The translations under genes and the position numbers were made by a program. The notes beneath the pieces were generated by a model. The model saw only the letters and a list, made by a program, of their open reading frames with translations. It did not search any database and had not been told where the DNA came from. Shown here piece after piece: positions 1-9,418 of a stretch of 64,000 bases of DNA. The stretch is from NCBI GenBank assembly GCA_041659445.1, contig JBAZYG010000001.1, positions 381,624 to 445,623 of the forward strand, in the 5' to 3' direction. The stretch's first letter is position 1. Each line of letters begins with the position of its first letter. The stretch is from Candidatus Pacearchaeota archaeon (lineage in GTDB: Archaea > Nanobdellota > Nanobdellia > Pacearchaeales > GW2011-AR1).

Positions 1-148
1 AATTTGGAGAAAATTAAATCTCTTTTTGGTTTTTAATAATTTCATTTTGTTTAGTTTTATTGAATTTTTTGATTTTTAGTGAATTGATGTGATTATTTAA
101 TCATAGTAACAAATAAAAAGATTTAGCATAGGTAATAAAAGGTTTGAA

Positions 149-1135
149 ATGCCAGAAAAGACTTTTGACATAAAATTTCTTAGAAAAGATTCTATTAATT
201 CTACAAATAAAAAAGAGATTATTGAAACTTCAAAGTATATAAAAGACTTCTCACAAATAAAAAATATAGTCGCCTCAGAAGATGATAAAAAGATAGACGA
301 TTTTTTTCAAAACAAGAAATGGGCTTCTGAATTTTTTAATACAATAAATTTGACACTCTGTTTTAATCCACTATCTGATAAAAATAACAAAGAAACATTT
401 GATTCATTCTTAGAATATTTGTATAGCCATTCAAATAGTATAGTAACAATTCCAAGTATAACTAACAAAATTATTTCCATAGATGATTACATAAAATTTA
501 TAGACTATTGTTATGATTTCCTTAAACAAAGAAATTCCAAATCACTATTTGTTCCAATATCAATGAGAATGTCTATGGATAGTATAAATAAATTAATAGA
601 ACATTATAGAAAAAAAGAATATTATTATATTTGGTTTGATTTTGAGGGAAAAGCAATAAATAAAAATACTTCTGCAAGAATAAATAGAATAAGAAGACTT
701 CTTGAACCAAAAGATTTTTTTAAAGAGTCAATATTTTATTTTACAAACATAAAAAGAGAAATCTTATCTAATATTAAAAGTCAAAATACATCTTCTTCAG
801 ATATACTCTCAAGTATTGGCGGTGCAAACATCATTGGAATTAATCGTGAGCCACAAAAATTCAATCCAAATGCAAAAACAGAACATATGGACCAACAAGA
901 AATATGGAAACACAAGGCAAGATTCTTTGATTCTGATTCTTATTATTATAAGAAATTTGACGAAGGAAAATTAGAACCAAAAAATATTAACATAACTAAT
1001 AATTCTAATAGGATTATGGATGAATTGAAAAAACAAACGGAAGTGTTTTTAGAAAAATTAAAAATAAAAGATTATATTATAAAAAAACCTATGATTTCAG
1101 AAAATCCATTTATATCAAAACTTCTCCTAAATTAA
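149..1135 (+). CDS. hypothetical protein (328 aa)
   Basis: Complete ORF in track; K/N-rich composition typical of this genome; no catalytic motif recognised; lies upstream of the AbrB-like/DUF262-HNH pair. Confidence 0.45.
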   Translation: MPEKTFDIKFLRKDSINSTNKKEIIETSKYIKDFSQIKNIVASEDDKKIDDFFQNKKWASEFFNTINLTLCFNPLSDKNNKETFDSFLEYLYSHSNSIVTIPSITNKIISIDDYIKFIDYCYDFLKQRNSKSLFVPISMRMSMDSINKLIEHYRKKEYYYIWFDFEGKAINKNTSARINRIRRLLEPKDFFKESIFYFTNIKREILSNIKSQNTSSSDILSSIGGANIIGINREPQKFNPNAKTEHMDQQEIWKHKARFFDSDSYYYKKFDEGKLEPKNINITNNSNRIMDELKKQTEVFLEKLKIKDYIIKKPMISENPFISKLLLN

Positions 1136-1136
1136 T

Positions 1137-1301
1137 TTAATTTTTCTCTTTAACTAAACAAATTTTATTTTTTTCTGCTTCAGCCTTAATTTGTTTTCCT
1201 TCTAACCTTGATTTTTCAACAGCTTCTTTAGGAAGTGTAACAATATACTTATAATAATCTTTTTCTTTCACCTTTTTTGAAAGAACTTTTATAATCTTCA
1301 T
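1137..1301 (-). CDS. small AbrB/MazE-like (SpoVT_AbrB swapped-hairpin) DNA-binding protein, 54 aa; below ORF-track size cutoff
   Basis: Hand translation of the minus strand gives MKIIKVLSKKVKEKDYYKYIVTLPKEAVEKSRLEGKQIKAEAEKNKICLVKEKN*; the pattern K.IKV...VTLPKE..E...L.eG..i........I.L.K matches the AbrB/MazE consensus; a palindrome lies 10-43 nt upstream of its start. Confidence 0.35.
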   Translation of the reverse strand: MKIIKVLSKKVKEKDYYKYIVTLPKEAVEKSRLEGKQIKAEAEKNKICLVKEKN

Positions 1302-1310
1302 AAATTAATG

Positions 1311-1344
1311 AGGTACCGATTATTTATAAATGTATGTGGTACCT
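1311..1344. promoter_or_regulatory. inverted repeat AGGTACC-N20-GGTACCT in the divergent intergenic region; candidate operator or hairpin
   Basis: Read directly: aggtaccgattatttataaatgtatgtggtacct; it sits between the minus-strand AbrB-like gene start (1301) and the plus-strand DUF262-HNH start (1382). Confidence 0.35.
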
Positions 1345-1381
1345 GAAGAAGATATAAATAATGTTCTGATTATGATTTAAT

Positions 1382-2578
1382 ATGGAAATACATCCTCATC
1401 CAAAGATATTATTAAAATTACATAGAAGAAGAGCTGATATAGAATTAAGTCCAGAAGAATATCAAAGAGGAAAGGTTTGGTCAAAAGATAAACAACAACT
1501 TCTTATGGATACAATTCTTAAAAAAATGCACATTCCTCCAATTTATTTTCGAGTTTTAGAAAATGGATATTATGAATGTGTTGATGGGCAACAAAGATGC
1601 ACGGCAGTATTTGATTTTTTTGATGATAAGTTTCCCCTCTCAAAAAAATATTCTCCTGAATTTGCGGGGAAATTTTTTAAAGAATTACCAACAGAAATAC
1701 AAGATAGATTTTATGATTACGAAATAATGGTTTTTGAAATAGTTAATGCTTCAGATGACGAAACAAAAGAGATGTTTAAAAGATTACAAAAAGGAATGCC
1801 CTTAACTGCTGGAGAAAAACTTAAAGCAGAAACAGGAAATATTAGAAGTTTTATTTTAGAACTAACAAAAACAAAGTTTTTCTCTGATGCAATTAATGTA
1901 AGAGACTATAGAGGTGCTTATTATCAAATGTGTTCTCAAATTTTGGCTCTTGAGATGTTAGGAATGAAAGATGTTAAATTCAAGATTTTAGAAGATATGC
2001 ACACAGAAAATAAAAATTTAGATTTAAATGGAAAAGCACCGACACAAGTAAAAAAAGTAATAAACTTTTTATCTCGTGCTTTTGAAACTAAAACTCCCGA
2101 ATTACATACGAGGGCGGGAATAGTTTCATTGTATCTTTTAATTTCTACTTTGATGAAAGAATATTCATTAAAAGATAAGGAAGATTTAATTAAAAATTTT
2201 GTTATTTATTTTCAGGACAAATTAAGAGAAACAGAAGAAAAAGAAAATAATCCAGAATTATTAAAATTTTTGAATGCAATAAGTCATTCATCTGATGGTG
2301 CAAATTCAATAAAAACCAGACACGAAATTTTAATGAATTATTTTTTATTATTTGCTAAAGATTTAGAACCATTAGATACAAATAGAGGTTTTACAGAAAT
2401 TGAGAGGATAGCAATTTATAGAAAAAACGAGGGTATTTGTCAGGAATGCAAACAAAAAGTAGAATATAATAATTTTCACGCAGACCACATAATTCCTCAT
2501 TCAAGAGGTGGAAAAACAACTCTTGAAAATGGGCAAGTTTTATGTAATAAATGTAATTTATCTAAAGGTGCTAATTAA
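1382..2578 (+). CDS. DUF262 (ParB/Srx-like, DGQQR motif) N-terminal domain fused to a C-terminal HNH endonuclease; GmrSD/BrxU-like candidate type IV restriction-type nuclease
   Basis: N-terminal YECVDGQQRCTAVFDFF (DGQQR signature of DUF262); C-terminal HADHIIPHSRGGKTTLENGQVLCNKCNLSKG (HNH His-Me finger with paired Cys/His). Confidence 0.7.
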   Translation: MEIHPHPKILLKLHRRRADIELSPEEYQRGKVWSKDKQQLLMDTILKKMHIPPIYFRVLENGYYECVDGQQRCTAVFDFFDDKFPLSKKYSPEFAGKFFKELPTEIQDRFYDYEIMVFEIVNASDDETKEMFKRLQKGMPLTAGEKLKAETGNIRSFILELTKTKFFSDAINVRDYRGAYYQMCSQILALEMLGMKDVKFKILEDMHTENKNLDLNGKAPTQVKKVINFLSRAFETKTPELHTRAGIVSLYLLISTLMKEYSLKDKEDLIKNFVIYFQDKLRETEEKENNPELLKFLNAISHSSDGANSIKTRHEILMNYFLLFAKDLEPLDTNRGFTEIERIAIYRKNEGICQECKQKVEYNNFHADHIIPHSRGGKTTLENGQVLCNKCNLSKGAN

Positions 2579-2843
2579 CTTTTTTAACATACATTACTTA
2601 TTTAACAAAGCCAAAATAGGGAAAACCTTTAAAAAGCTGTTTTCATTATATTTGATATTAGAAAGATATCACTATCACATTATAACATCATCATCACGCT
2701 CATTTTTTTAGCGAGTGATTACTTGTAAGAAATATAGGTATTTTTCTAAAGGGACTCTCAGTCCTTAACAAATTAAACACGGAGAAACAAAACATGGCTA
2801 AACTGAAATTAAAAATTTCGTTTAATCCATTTAGAAAATCAAA

Positions 2844-3998
2844 ATGGCAAAAGTAAGTCCAGTTTCAATAAAATATATGATACATGCGACTTTAGTTGCA
2901 GAAGGTGCTTTAGAAAAACCTGATGTAATCGGAGCTTTATTTGGACAAACAGAAGGATTGCTTGGAGCTGATTTAGAAATGAGAGACCTTCAAAAAGAAG
3001 GAAAAATCGGCAGAATTGAAGTAGAGTTAGAGAGAAAAGAAAAGCAAACTATTGGAAAAATAAAAATCCCAACTGCATTAGACCAATCTGAAACAACATT
3101 GATAGCTGCTGCTATTGAAACTATTGAAAGAGTTGGACCAAGCGATGCTCAAATTGAAATTGATCGAATTGAAGATGTAAGAGGTAGTAAAAGAGACTAC
3201 ATTATTGATAGAGCAAAAAAATTAATGTCTCAAATTGAAGGCTCTGCAAATTCAAGGGAAATTTCAAATGAAATCAAAGATTCTGCTAAAATTGCAGACA
3301 TCAAAGAATATGGGCTAAGCAAACTTGCTTCAGGTGATCTTTCAGGTGAAGACATAATTGTAGTTGAAGGAAGAGCAGACGTTGTAAATCTCTTAAAAGC
3401 AGGGATAAAAAACGTTGTTGGTATGAACGGAACAAAACTTCCTGAAGAAGTAAGAGAACTAAGCAAGGAAAAAGAAATAACTCTTTTTGTCGACGGAGAT
3501 AGAGGAGGCAAATTGATTATTCAAAATGCAATGGAAAACGCAAGAATTTCATATATTGTAATCGCACCAGATGGAAAAGAAGTTGAAGAACTAACTGGTA
3601 AAGAAATTTTAATGGCTTTAAGAAAAAAAATTCCTGCAAATGAATTTTTCTCAGATAACAAAAGAAACTTCAGAGATAATAAAAGAGAAAATTCTAGGCA
3701 GGAATTTAATTTTATTTTAGATTCTGATTCAAAACAAAAATTAAAAGAAATTTCAAAAGACAATGAAGGCTCTAAAAAAGTAATAATGCTAAATTCTGAA
3801 TTAAAAGAAATCAAATCAACAGGTTTGAAAATGCTTGAAAACACCTTGAGAAGAATGCATGAAAAACCAGCAATAATAATTCTTGATGGAAGTGCTACAA
3901 AAAATATAATTTATTCTTGTGAAGAAGAAGGAATTCAATTGATTGTTGCCAAAAACTTTTCAACAACAGATACGAAAATAAAATTGTTAAGTTTTTAA
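2844..3998 (+). CDS. dnaG: archaeal-type DNA primase DnaG (Toprim)
   Basis: N-terminus KYMIHATLVAEGALEKPDVIGALFGQTEGLLGADLEMRDLQKEGKIGRI is the conserved archaeal DnaG start; Toprim-like IVVEGRADVVNL and FVDGDRGG (DxD) motifs. Confidence 0.85.
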   Translation: MAKVSPVSIKYMIHATLVAEGALEKPDVIGALFGQTEGLLGADLEMRDLQKEGKIGRIEVELERKEKQTIGKIKIPTALDQSETTLIAAAIETIERVGPSDAQIEIDRIEDVRGSKRDYIIDRAKKLMSQIEGSANSREISNEIKDSAKIADIKEYGLSKLASGDLSGEDIIVVEGRADVVNLLKAGIKNVVGMNGTKLPEEVRELSKEKEITLFVDGDRGGKLIIQNAMENARISYIVIAPDGKEVEELTGKEILMALRKKIPANEFFSDNKRNFRDNKRENSRQEFNFILDSDSKQKLKEISKDNEGSKKVIMLNSELKEIKSTGLKMLENTLRRMHEKPAIIILDGSATKNIIYSCEEEGIQLIVAKNFSTTDTKIKLLSF

Positions 3999-4040
3999 AA
4001 CTTACATTAAATTTAAATAACAATTTTTCTTGTTTTTATT

Positions 4041-4964
4041 ATGATTGAGTATTTTAAGAAAATAAAAGACGAAGAAAGAATTAAAAAAATTGAAAGTTTT
4101 GAAGAAGGATGCTGGGTTAATGTTACAAACCCTTCTGACGAAGAAATTGAATTTTTAGTTAAAGAATTTAGTTTAAGTAAATCAAATTTAATTGATGGAT
4201 TAGATATTCATGAAAACCCTAGATTTGAAATAGATAACAAAAAAACATATATTTATTTGACAACTCCTACTGAAAATATATCTCAAGAATATGATTCTTC
4301 ATTTTTAATTATTTATGGAAAAAATCATTTCATTACTTTTTCAAAAACTTCTTTAGAAATATTTGAAAGAATTTTAAACGAAAAATCAAGATTCATGAGC
4401 TTCTTGATTTCAAAAAACCTTGTTAAGGTTTTGAATTTAGTTTCAAAACTATTTGAAGAATCTATACAAAAAATAAGAAAAGAAATAAGAAAAAATAGAA
4501 ACAAATTAAGTCAACTTAAAACAAAAGACATTGAAGACTTGATAAATTATGAAGATAAATTAAATGAATATATTTCTGTTTTTGAAGCAAACATAAGCAC
4601 ATATAAAAGAATTTTACGAGATAAGTCATTGCATTTCTTGAAAAAAGATGAACAAAATCTAGAAGATGCAATTATTGATTTAAATCAAACCCTTAATTTA
4701 TGTAAACAAACTCTTAAATCTATTTCAAACGCAAGAACATATTATTCTACAAAATTATCAAATGATTTGAACAAAACTGTTACTGCTTTGACAATTGTGA
4801 CTATTTTTATTTCAATACCGACGCTGATTGCAAGTATTTATGGTATGAATATATCTCTACCTTTTCAAGATGGAAAATATACTTTTGTTGGACTAATGTT
4901 ATTAATTCTTGCAATTGTTGGAACTTTGTTTTTGGTTTTGAAAAAAGCTAGATTAATAAAATAA
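4041..4964 (+). CDS. corA: CorA-family Mg2+/Co2+ transporter
   Basis: C-terminal two-TM region with the YGMN signature (IASIYGMNISLPF) and the basic tail after TM2 typical of CorA. Confidence 0.8.
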   Translation: MIEYFKKIKDEERIKKIESFEEGCWVNVTNPSDEEIEFLVKEFSLSKSNLIDGLDIHENPRFEIDNKKTYIYLTTPTENISQEYDSSFLIIYGKNHFITFSKTSLEIFERILNEKSRFMSFLISKNLVKVLNLVSKLFEESIQKIRKEIRKNRNKLSQLKTKDIEDLINYEDKLNEYISVFEANISTYKRILRDKSLHFLKKDEQNLEDAIIDLNQTLNLCKQTLKSISNARTYYSTKLSNDLNKTVTALTIVTIFISIPTLIASIYGMNISLPFQDGKYTFVGLMLLILAIVGTLFLVLKKARLIK

Positions 4965-5053
4965 AAATTAGGGTTTGCTTATTAACTATAAAGTAGTAAA
5001 CTAACGAAAAGTTTATAAAAGAATATGCTATTCTGATATCCAAGATAAATAAA

Positions 5054-5638
5054 ATGGCAAACAAAAAAACTTTAGAAAAGAAAATTTGGAGAGTGATTCC
5101 TGTAGAAGCACATAAACTTCCTTATATAAATAGGATGAGGATTCTTGCAAATAATGTTAGTTTTAAAGATGGAAATTCAAGATACAGAATGCCTCTTCCT
5201 GAGACTGACTTTGAAAAAGAAATATATGAACAATTTCAAGAACTCGTAGGTTCTCATGATATTGCAAGAATAGAATATGTTGTTCCTTTAATTAAAGAGT
5301 TTGTTATAGATAATAAACAAAATGAAGCAGCCATATTATTTAGATATCAAATGGACTTTGCTATCGGAAAAGGTTTTCAAATGAAAGAAATGGTTTTCTA
5401 TGGAAAGAAAGGAGAAAAACTAAAAGAAATTTATGAAGATCATGCTTGGACTGAACCAAGTTCTCTTGATTATCCTCTCTCACAAATGGCAAAAATCCAT
5501 ATGGATCCAATGTTGTATTTGTTAAGAGGAAATATATTAAGACCCATGTTTCCTGACTATCATGGACTAGAAATGGATGACAAAACAATTTCAATCACAC
5601 CAGAATATGGCGATAAAATAACTCTTGACAAAAGATAA
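5054..5638 (+). CDS. hypothetical protein (194 aa)
   Basis: Complete ORF; no motif recognised. Confidence 0.4.
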   Translation: MANKKTLEKKIWRVIPVEAHKLPYINRMRILANNVSFKDGNSRYRMPLPETDFEKEIYEQFQELVGSHDIARIEYVVPLIKEFVIDNKQNEAAILFRYQMDFAIGKGFQMKEMVFYGKKGEKLKEIYEDHAWTEPSSLDYPLSQMAKIHMDPMLYLLRGNILRPMFPDYHGLEMDDKTISITPEYGDKITLDKR

Positions 5639-5718
5639 ATTGAGTCTGAAAGTAAAAGTGTAAACCTAAATTCTTTCAACCCAAAACTTCTATAAAACTT
5701 TTTTTCCTTATCTTAATC

Positions 5719-6510
5719 ATGACAATCTACAAAATAAAATTTGGGCCAGCAGGATTGGGTTCTGTAAAAGATGCAGAAAAAACTTTGTTATTTTTAAAAG
5801 AAAATGGGCTTGAAGCATGTGAAATTGCATTTACTTATGGTGTTTATATAAATAAAGAAGAGGCTGAAAAAATTAGCAAGATTGCAAAAGATTTAGGAAT
5901 TTCATTATCAATTCATGCGCCTTATTGGATTAATTTAAATTCAGAAGAACCTGAAAAAATTGAAAAAAGCAAACAAAGAATTGTTAAATGTTTGGAAATT
6001 GGAACTTATTTGAATGCAAAATGTGTTGTTTTTCACGCAGGTTTTTATGGAAAAAAATCCAAAAAAGAAACTTATGAAAATATAAAAAATGAAATTTTGA
6101 AATTGCAAGAAATTAAAAAGAAAAATAAATACACGCCTGAACTTGCTCCTGAAACAATGGGAAAAATAAATGTTTTTGGAAGCATTGAAGAAATAGCATT
6201 GCTTGTTAAGGACACAAAATGCTTTGCATGTATTGATTTTGCACATATTCTGGCACGTTCCAATGGAGATTATAAATTTAAAGAAACATTAAGATTATTT
6301 GAAAATTTAAAAGAATTACATATTCATTTTTCTGGAATAGATTACGGAATTAAAGGAGAAAAAAATCATAAAAAAACTTCAGATGAAGAATTACATAAAT
6401 TAATTTCAAATCTTCCAAAAAACAAAAATACCGTCGTGATAAATGAATCTCCAGACATGATTAATGATTCTATAAATGCTTTAAAAATTTTTAAAAAATT
6501 AAATCAATGA
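5719..6510 (+). CDS. nfo: endonuclease IV-like AP endonuclease (xylose-isomerase-like TIM barrel, AP_endonuc_2 family)
   Basis: SIHAPYWINLNS resembles the Nfo HAPYLINL signature; VVFHAG and ETMGK metal-ligand-like segments; length 263 aa fits the family. Confidence 0.6.
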   Translation: MTIYKIKFGPAGLGSVKDAEKTLLFLKENGLEACEIAFTYGVYINKEEAEKISKIAKDLGISLSIHAPYWINLNSEEPEKIEKSKQRIVKCLEIGTYLNAKCVVFHAGFYGKKSKKETYENIKNEILKLQEIKKKNKYTPELAPETMGKINVFGSIEEIALLVKDTKCFACIDFAHILARSNGDYKFKETLRLFENLKELHIHFSGIDYGIKGEKNHKKTSDEELHKLISNLPKNKNTVVINESPDMINDSINALKIFKKLNQ

Positions 6511-6626
6511 AAATGTCCCTCTTTGTAAGGACACTTAGTTAAACTATGTTCACTTTAAAATGACAAACTTTATAAAGCATTCTTCCAATACTAAGATTAC
6601 AGAAAACAAAGTTTTCTGACAAATAA

Positions 6627-7853
6627 ATGAAAAACAAAAAGCAAATGAAAACTAGAAATGTAATGTTTTCTTTAGCTACTCTTGCTATTGCCTTATTTTT
6701 AGTAGCAACTGTTAGTGCTGGTGAAATCACAAACGATTACACTGTTGAAATTGAAAACATCAATGCTTATAACAACGTAGTTAGTGTTGTTGCTGGTGAA
6801 ACAATAAAAATTGAAGTTTACTTCAATTCACTAGTTGATGATTCTGACGTAACTGTTGAAGCAGAAATCGAAGGCGAAAAAGTTAAAGTTGATACAATGA
6901 CAAGTTCTTTCGATGTTGAAGCAGGTTTTGCATACAGAAAAGTTTTGACTTTAAAAGTTCCTTATGAACTTAAAGACCAACTTTCTGATATGGTTTACCT
7001 TAACATTGAAATAGATGGTAAAGACCACAAAACAGAACTTGAACAAGTTAAACTTTTAGTTCAAAGACCTTCATACAACGCAGTAGTGAAATCTCTTTCA
7101 GTTCCTAGTTCAATTGAAGCTGGTGACAAACTTTCAGTTGAATTCGTTCTTAAGAACATGGGATACAATGATTTAGATGATGTTTATGTGAAAGCTAGCA
7201 TTACAGAATTAGGATTAAGTCAAGGACCTGTTTGGGTTGGAGACTTAGTTACTATGGAAGAATGTAACGACGATGATTGTGATAAAGACACTGTTGCTGG
7301 AAAATTATATTTAGATGTTCCATTCAGTGCCAAAGAAGGTGTTTATGACCTTGAATTCACAGTTTACAACGACGACACAGAAACTACTGAAGTTAAGCAA
7401 ATAGTAATCAAGAATGACTTTTCAAACGAAGTTATTGCTACAAACACTGAAAAAACTGTTGCTGTAGGAGAAAAAGCTGATTTTACTTTATTATTAGTTA
7501 ACCCTAGTGATAATGTTAAGGTCTACACAATTTTAATTGAATCTGACGGAATAACAACTGAACTTGAAGAAAGTGTAGTTGCTGTCGGTGCTGGTTCAAG
7601 TAAGACTGTACAATTTTCTGCTTTAGCAAAAAGTGAAGGCTCAAATGACTTCACAGTAAGTGTTCTTTCAAACGGAAAGGTTGTTCAAGTTGTTGACTAC
7701 AATTTAACTGCAGAAGGTAAGAAAGTTAACTCTACAGTTATTTTATCAATAATCTTGGCAATAATCTTTGTAGTATTATTAGTTGTTCTTATTGTTCTAT
7801 TAGCTAAGAAACCAGAAAAAAACACAGAAGACTTTGGTGAAAGTTATTACTAA
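6627..7853 (+). CDS. secreted acidic cell-surface protein with a C-terminal TM anchor (S-layer/CARDB-like)
   Basis: N-terminal signal peptide MKTRNVMFSLATLAIALFLVATVSA; D/E/T/V-rich beta-type repeats; C-terminal hydrophobic helix VILSIILAIIFVVLLVVLIVLLAKK followed by a basic stretch (archaeal surface-protein anchor). Confidence 0.55.
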   Translation: MKNKKQMKTRNVMFSLATLAIALFLVATVSAGEITNDYTVEIENINAYNNVVSVVAGETIKIEVYFNSLVDDSDVTVEAEIEGEKVKVDTMTSSFDVEAGFAYRKVLTLKVPYELKDQLSDMVYLNIEIDGKDHKTELEQVKLLVQRPSYNAVVKSLSVPSSIEAGDKLSVEFVLKNMGYNDLDDVYVKASITELGLSQGPVWVGDLVTMEECNDDDCDKDTVAGKLYLDVPFSAKEGVYDLEFTVYNDDTETTEVKQIVIKNDFSNEVIATNTEKTVAVGEKADFTLLLVNPSDNVKVYTILIESDGITTELEESVVAVGAGSSKTVQFSALAKSEGSNDFTVSVLSNGKVVQVVDYNLTAEGKKVNSTVILSIILAIIFVVLLVVLIVLLAKKPEKNTEDFGESYY

Positions 7854-7900
7854 TTTTTCTTTTTTATTTTTTTATTTTTTTTATACTTTCACCCTTTCTT
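7854..7900 (+). terminator. T-tract (archaeal oligo-T terminator-like) after the surface-protein gene
   Basis: taatttttcttttttatttttttattttttttatac directly after the stop at 7853. Confidence 0.3.
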
Positions 7901-7974
7901 TTTTAAGATTTAATTCAACAAAATATATCATCAAGGATAATTATATTTAAAAACAAAAACAAACAAGAAATAAA

Positions 7975-8307
7975 ATGGAAATAATTAAGCAAGTGGAAAT
8001 TTGTGATTGGAAGGGATTAAACTATGAAATTGCACTTAGAGCTCAAGGCGGTGGAAGAAGTTTTGTTTTTGCAAACATACTTGATGGTTTCTTTTTATTA
8101 AATAAAAGATTTCATATGGGCCAAGTAGAAGCATTTGGAATAGCAAAAGACATTGAAGAAGCAGATAAAAGATTATATAACAAAGCAAAAGAAATTGCAC
8201 AAATCCATAGGAAAGAATATGAAACTGCAAAAAATGAAGAAAATTATATTATTGAAATTGTTGATTTAACAAAAAGAGGAAAATTAGAAAAAGAATTAGA
8301 AGAATAA
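7975..8307 (+). CDS. hypothetical small protein (110 aa), paralog of the next gene
   Basis: Complete ORF; C-terminal segment ...DKRLYNKAKEIAQIH...IVDLTKRGKLEKELEE parallels ...DKKAYENAKGEMFEKL...LIDLTERGKQSKLE in 8315..8677. Confidence 0.4.
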   Translation: MEIIKQVEICDWKGLNYEIALRAQGGGRSFVFANILDGFFLLNKRFHMGQVEAFGIAKDIEEADKRLYNKAKEIAQIHRKEYETAKNEENYIIEIVDLTKRGKLEKELEE

Positions 8308-8314
8308 AAATAAA

Positions 8315-8677
8315 ATGCCAAAAACAAAACCTTTAATTTACAAATGCAAATTATTCAAAGACCCTGAAAAAGAACTTCCTGTTTACATTTTGAATATTGA
8401 TTTTACAGAATTTTCTGATTATAATAAAGTTTCTATATTTTATGATACAAGACCTATTATAAGAAATTCGAATGAAACTTTTGTAGATGTTGGAGATAAT
8501 TTAGATGACATAGATAAAAAAGCATATGAAAATGCAAAAGGAGAAATGTTTGAAAAATTAAAAGAAAAATTTATGAAATCTAAGTATAATAAACCAAAAG
8601 GAAAAGTAAAACTTGTTTTAATTGATCTCACTGAAAGAGGAAAACAAAGTAAATTAGAAATTGGAGTTAAAGATTAA
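8315..8677 (+). CDS. hypothetical small protein (120 aa), paralog of the previous gene
   Basis: See previous; tandem duplicate. Confidence 0.4.
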   Translation: MPKTKPLIYKCKLFKDPEKELPVYILNIDFTEFSDYNKVSIFYDTRPIIRNSNETFVDVGDNLDDIDKKAYENAKGEMFEKLKEKFMKSKYNKPKGKVKLVLIDLTERGKQSKLEIGVKD

Positions 8678-9155
8678 AATGAAAAAATTATCAGATAGAA
8701 CAAAAAAAATAATAGGAAATGTTTCATTGGCTGTGCCTTTTGGATATTTAGGATATGCTTCTATATATAACGACCATTTATCAAAAAAAGAAAACAAAGA
8801 TTCTGGAAAAGTTTATTCATCAAAAATAATAGGAAATTTGATATATACTACGATTTTAAGTGTCTGGGTTCTTTGGGGAGTTATGACTAATGATTGGACA
8901 CCAAAACAAATTATAAATGGACATAAACAAAGAATTGAGAAAGAAAAAGAAAATTCAAGACAAAAGTTAATAAAAGAAATTAAAAAGAAATCCTTAATAG
9001 AAGAAATAGACAAAGATAAAAACGGATTAAGTTATGACGAACAATTTCAAATTTATAAATTAATGGGAATATCCGATAGTTCAAAAATTTATCAACCTAC
9101 ATTAGATGACTGGGAAAGAGCTTATGACAAATATATTTCAAATCAAATCGAATAA
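8661..9155 (+). CDS. hypothetical membrane protein (164 aa)
   Basis: Two predicted TM helices (VSLAVPFGYLGYASI; LIYTTILSVWVLWGVM) followed by a coiled-coil-like K/E-rich region. Confidence 0.4.
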   Translation: MELKIKMKKLSDRTKKIIGNVSLAVPFGYLGYASIYNDHLSKKENKDSGKVYSSKIIGNLIYTTILSVWVLWGVMTNDWTPKQIINGHKQRIEKEKENSRQKLIKEIKKKSLIEEIDKDKNGLSYDEQFQIYKLMGISDSSKIYQPTLDDWERAYDKYISNQIE

Positions 9156-9160
9156 TTAAA

Positions 9161-9418
9161 ATGCCTAAAAATTTAGAAGCAATAAAAGATTTTGGAAAAA
9201 TAGGATTAAAAACATTAAGAAATGGATTGGTTGTTTTTGGAGCAACTTATTTTATTAAAGAAGGATTTGACTATAACTCAAATTTGGATTCTTTAAAAGA
9301 AAGCATTAATTATGCACAAGACACAGGGATAGTAACTTCTATTTTAACAGTAAGTTATTATTTTGTAAAAGGCACTATAAAAGCAATTGATAATTTTTCA
9401 TCAATATCAGAACATTAA
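9161..9418 (+). CDS. hypothetical small protein (85 aa)
   Basis: Complete ORF, co-directional and tightly spaced with the previous gene. Confidence 0.35.
   Translation: MPKNLEAIKDFGKIGLKTLRNGLVVFGATYFIKEGFDYNSNLDSLKESINYAQDTGIVTSILTVSYYFVKGTIKAIDNFSSISEH

Noticed and set aside
2508-2711. 67-aa ORF overlapping the 3' end of the DUF262-HNH gene
   Set aside because: Out-of-frame overlap with a supported gene and continuation into AT-rich intergenic sequence; hydrophobic low-complexity product
3230-3844. Two minus-strand ORFs (93 and 107 aa) inside dnaG
   Set aside because: Antisense to a well-supported conserved gene; S/F/L-rich translations typical of the reverse frame of K/E-rich coding sequence
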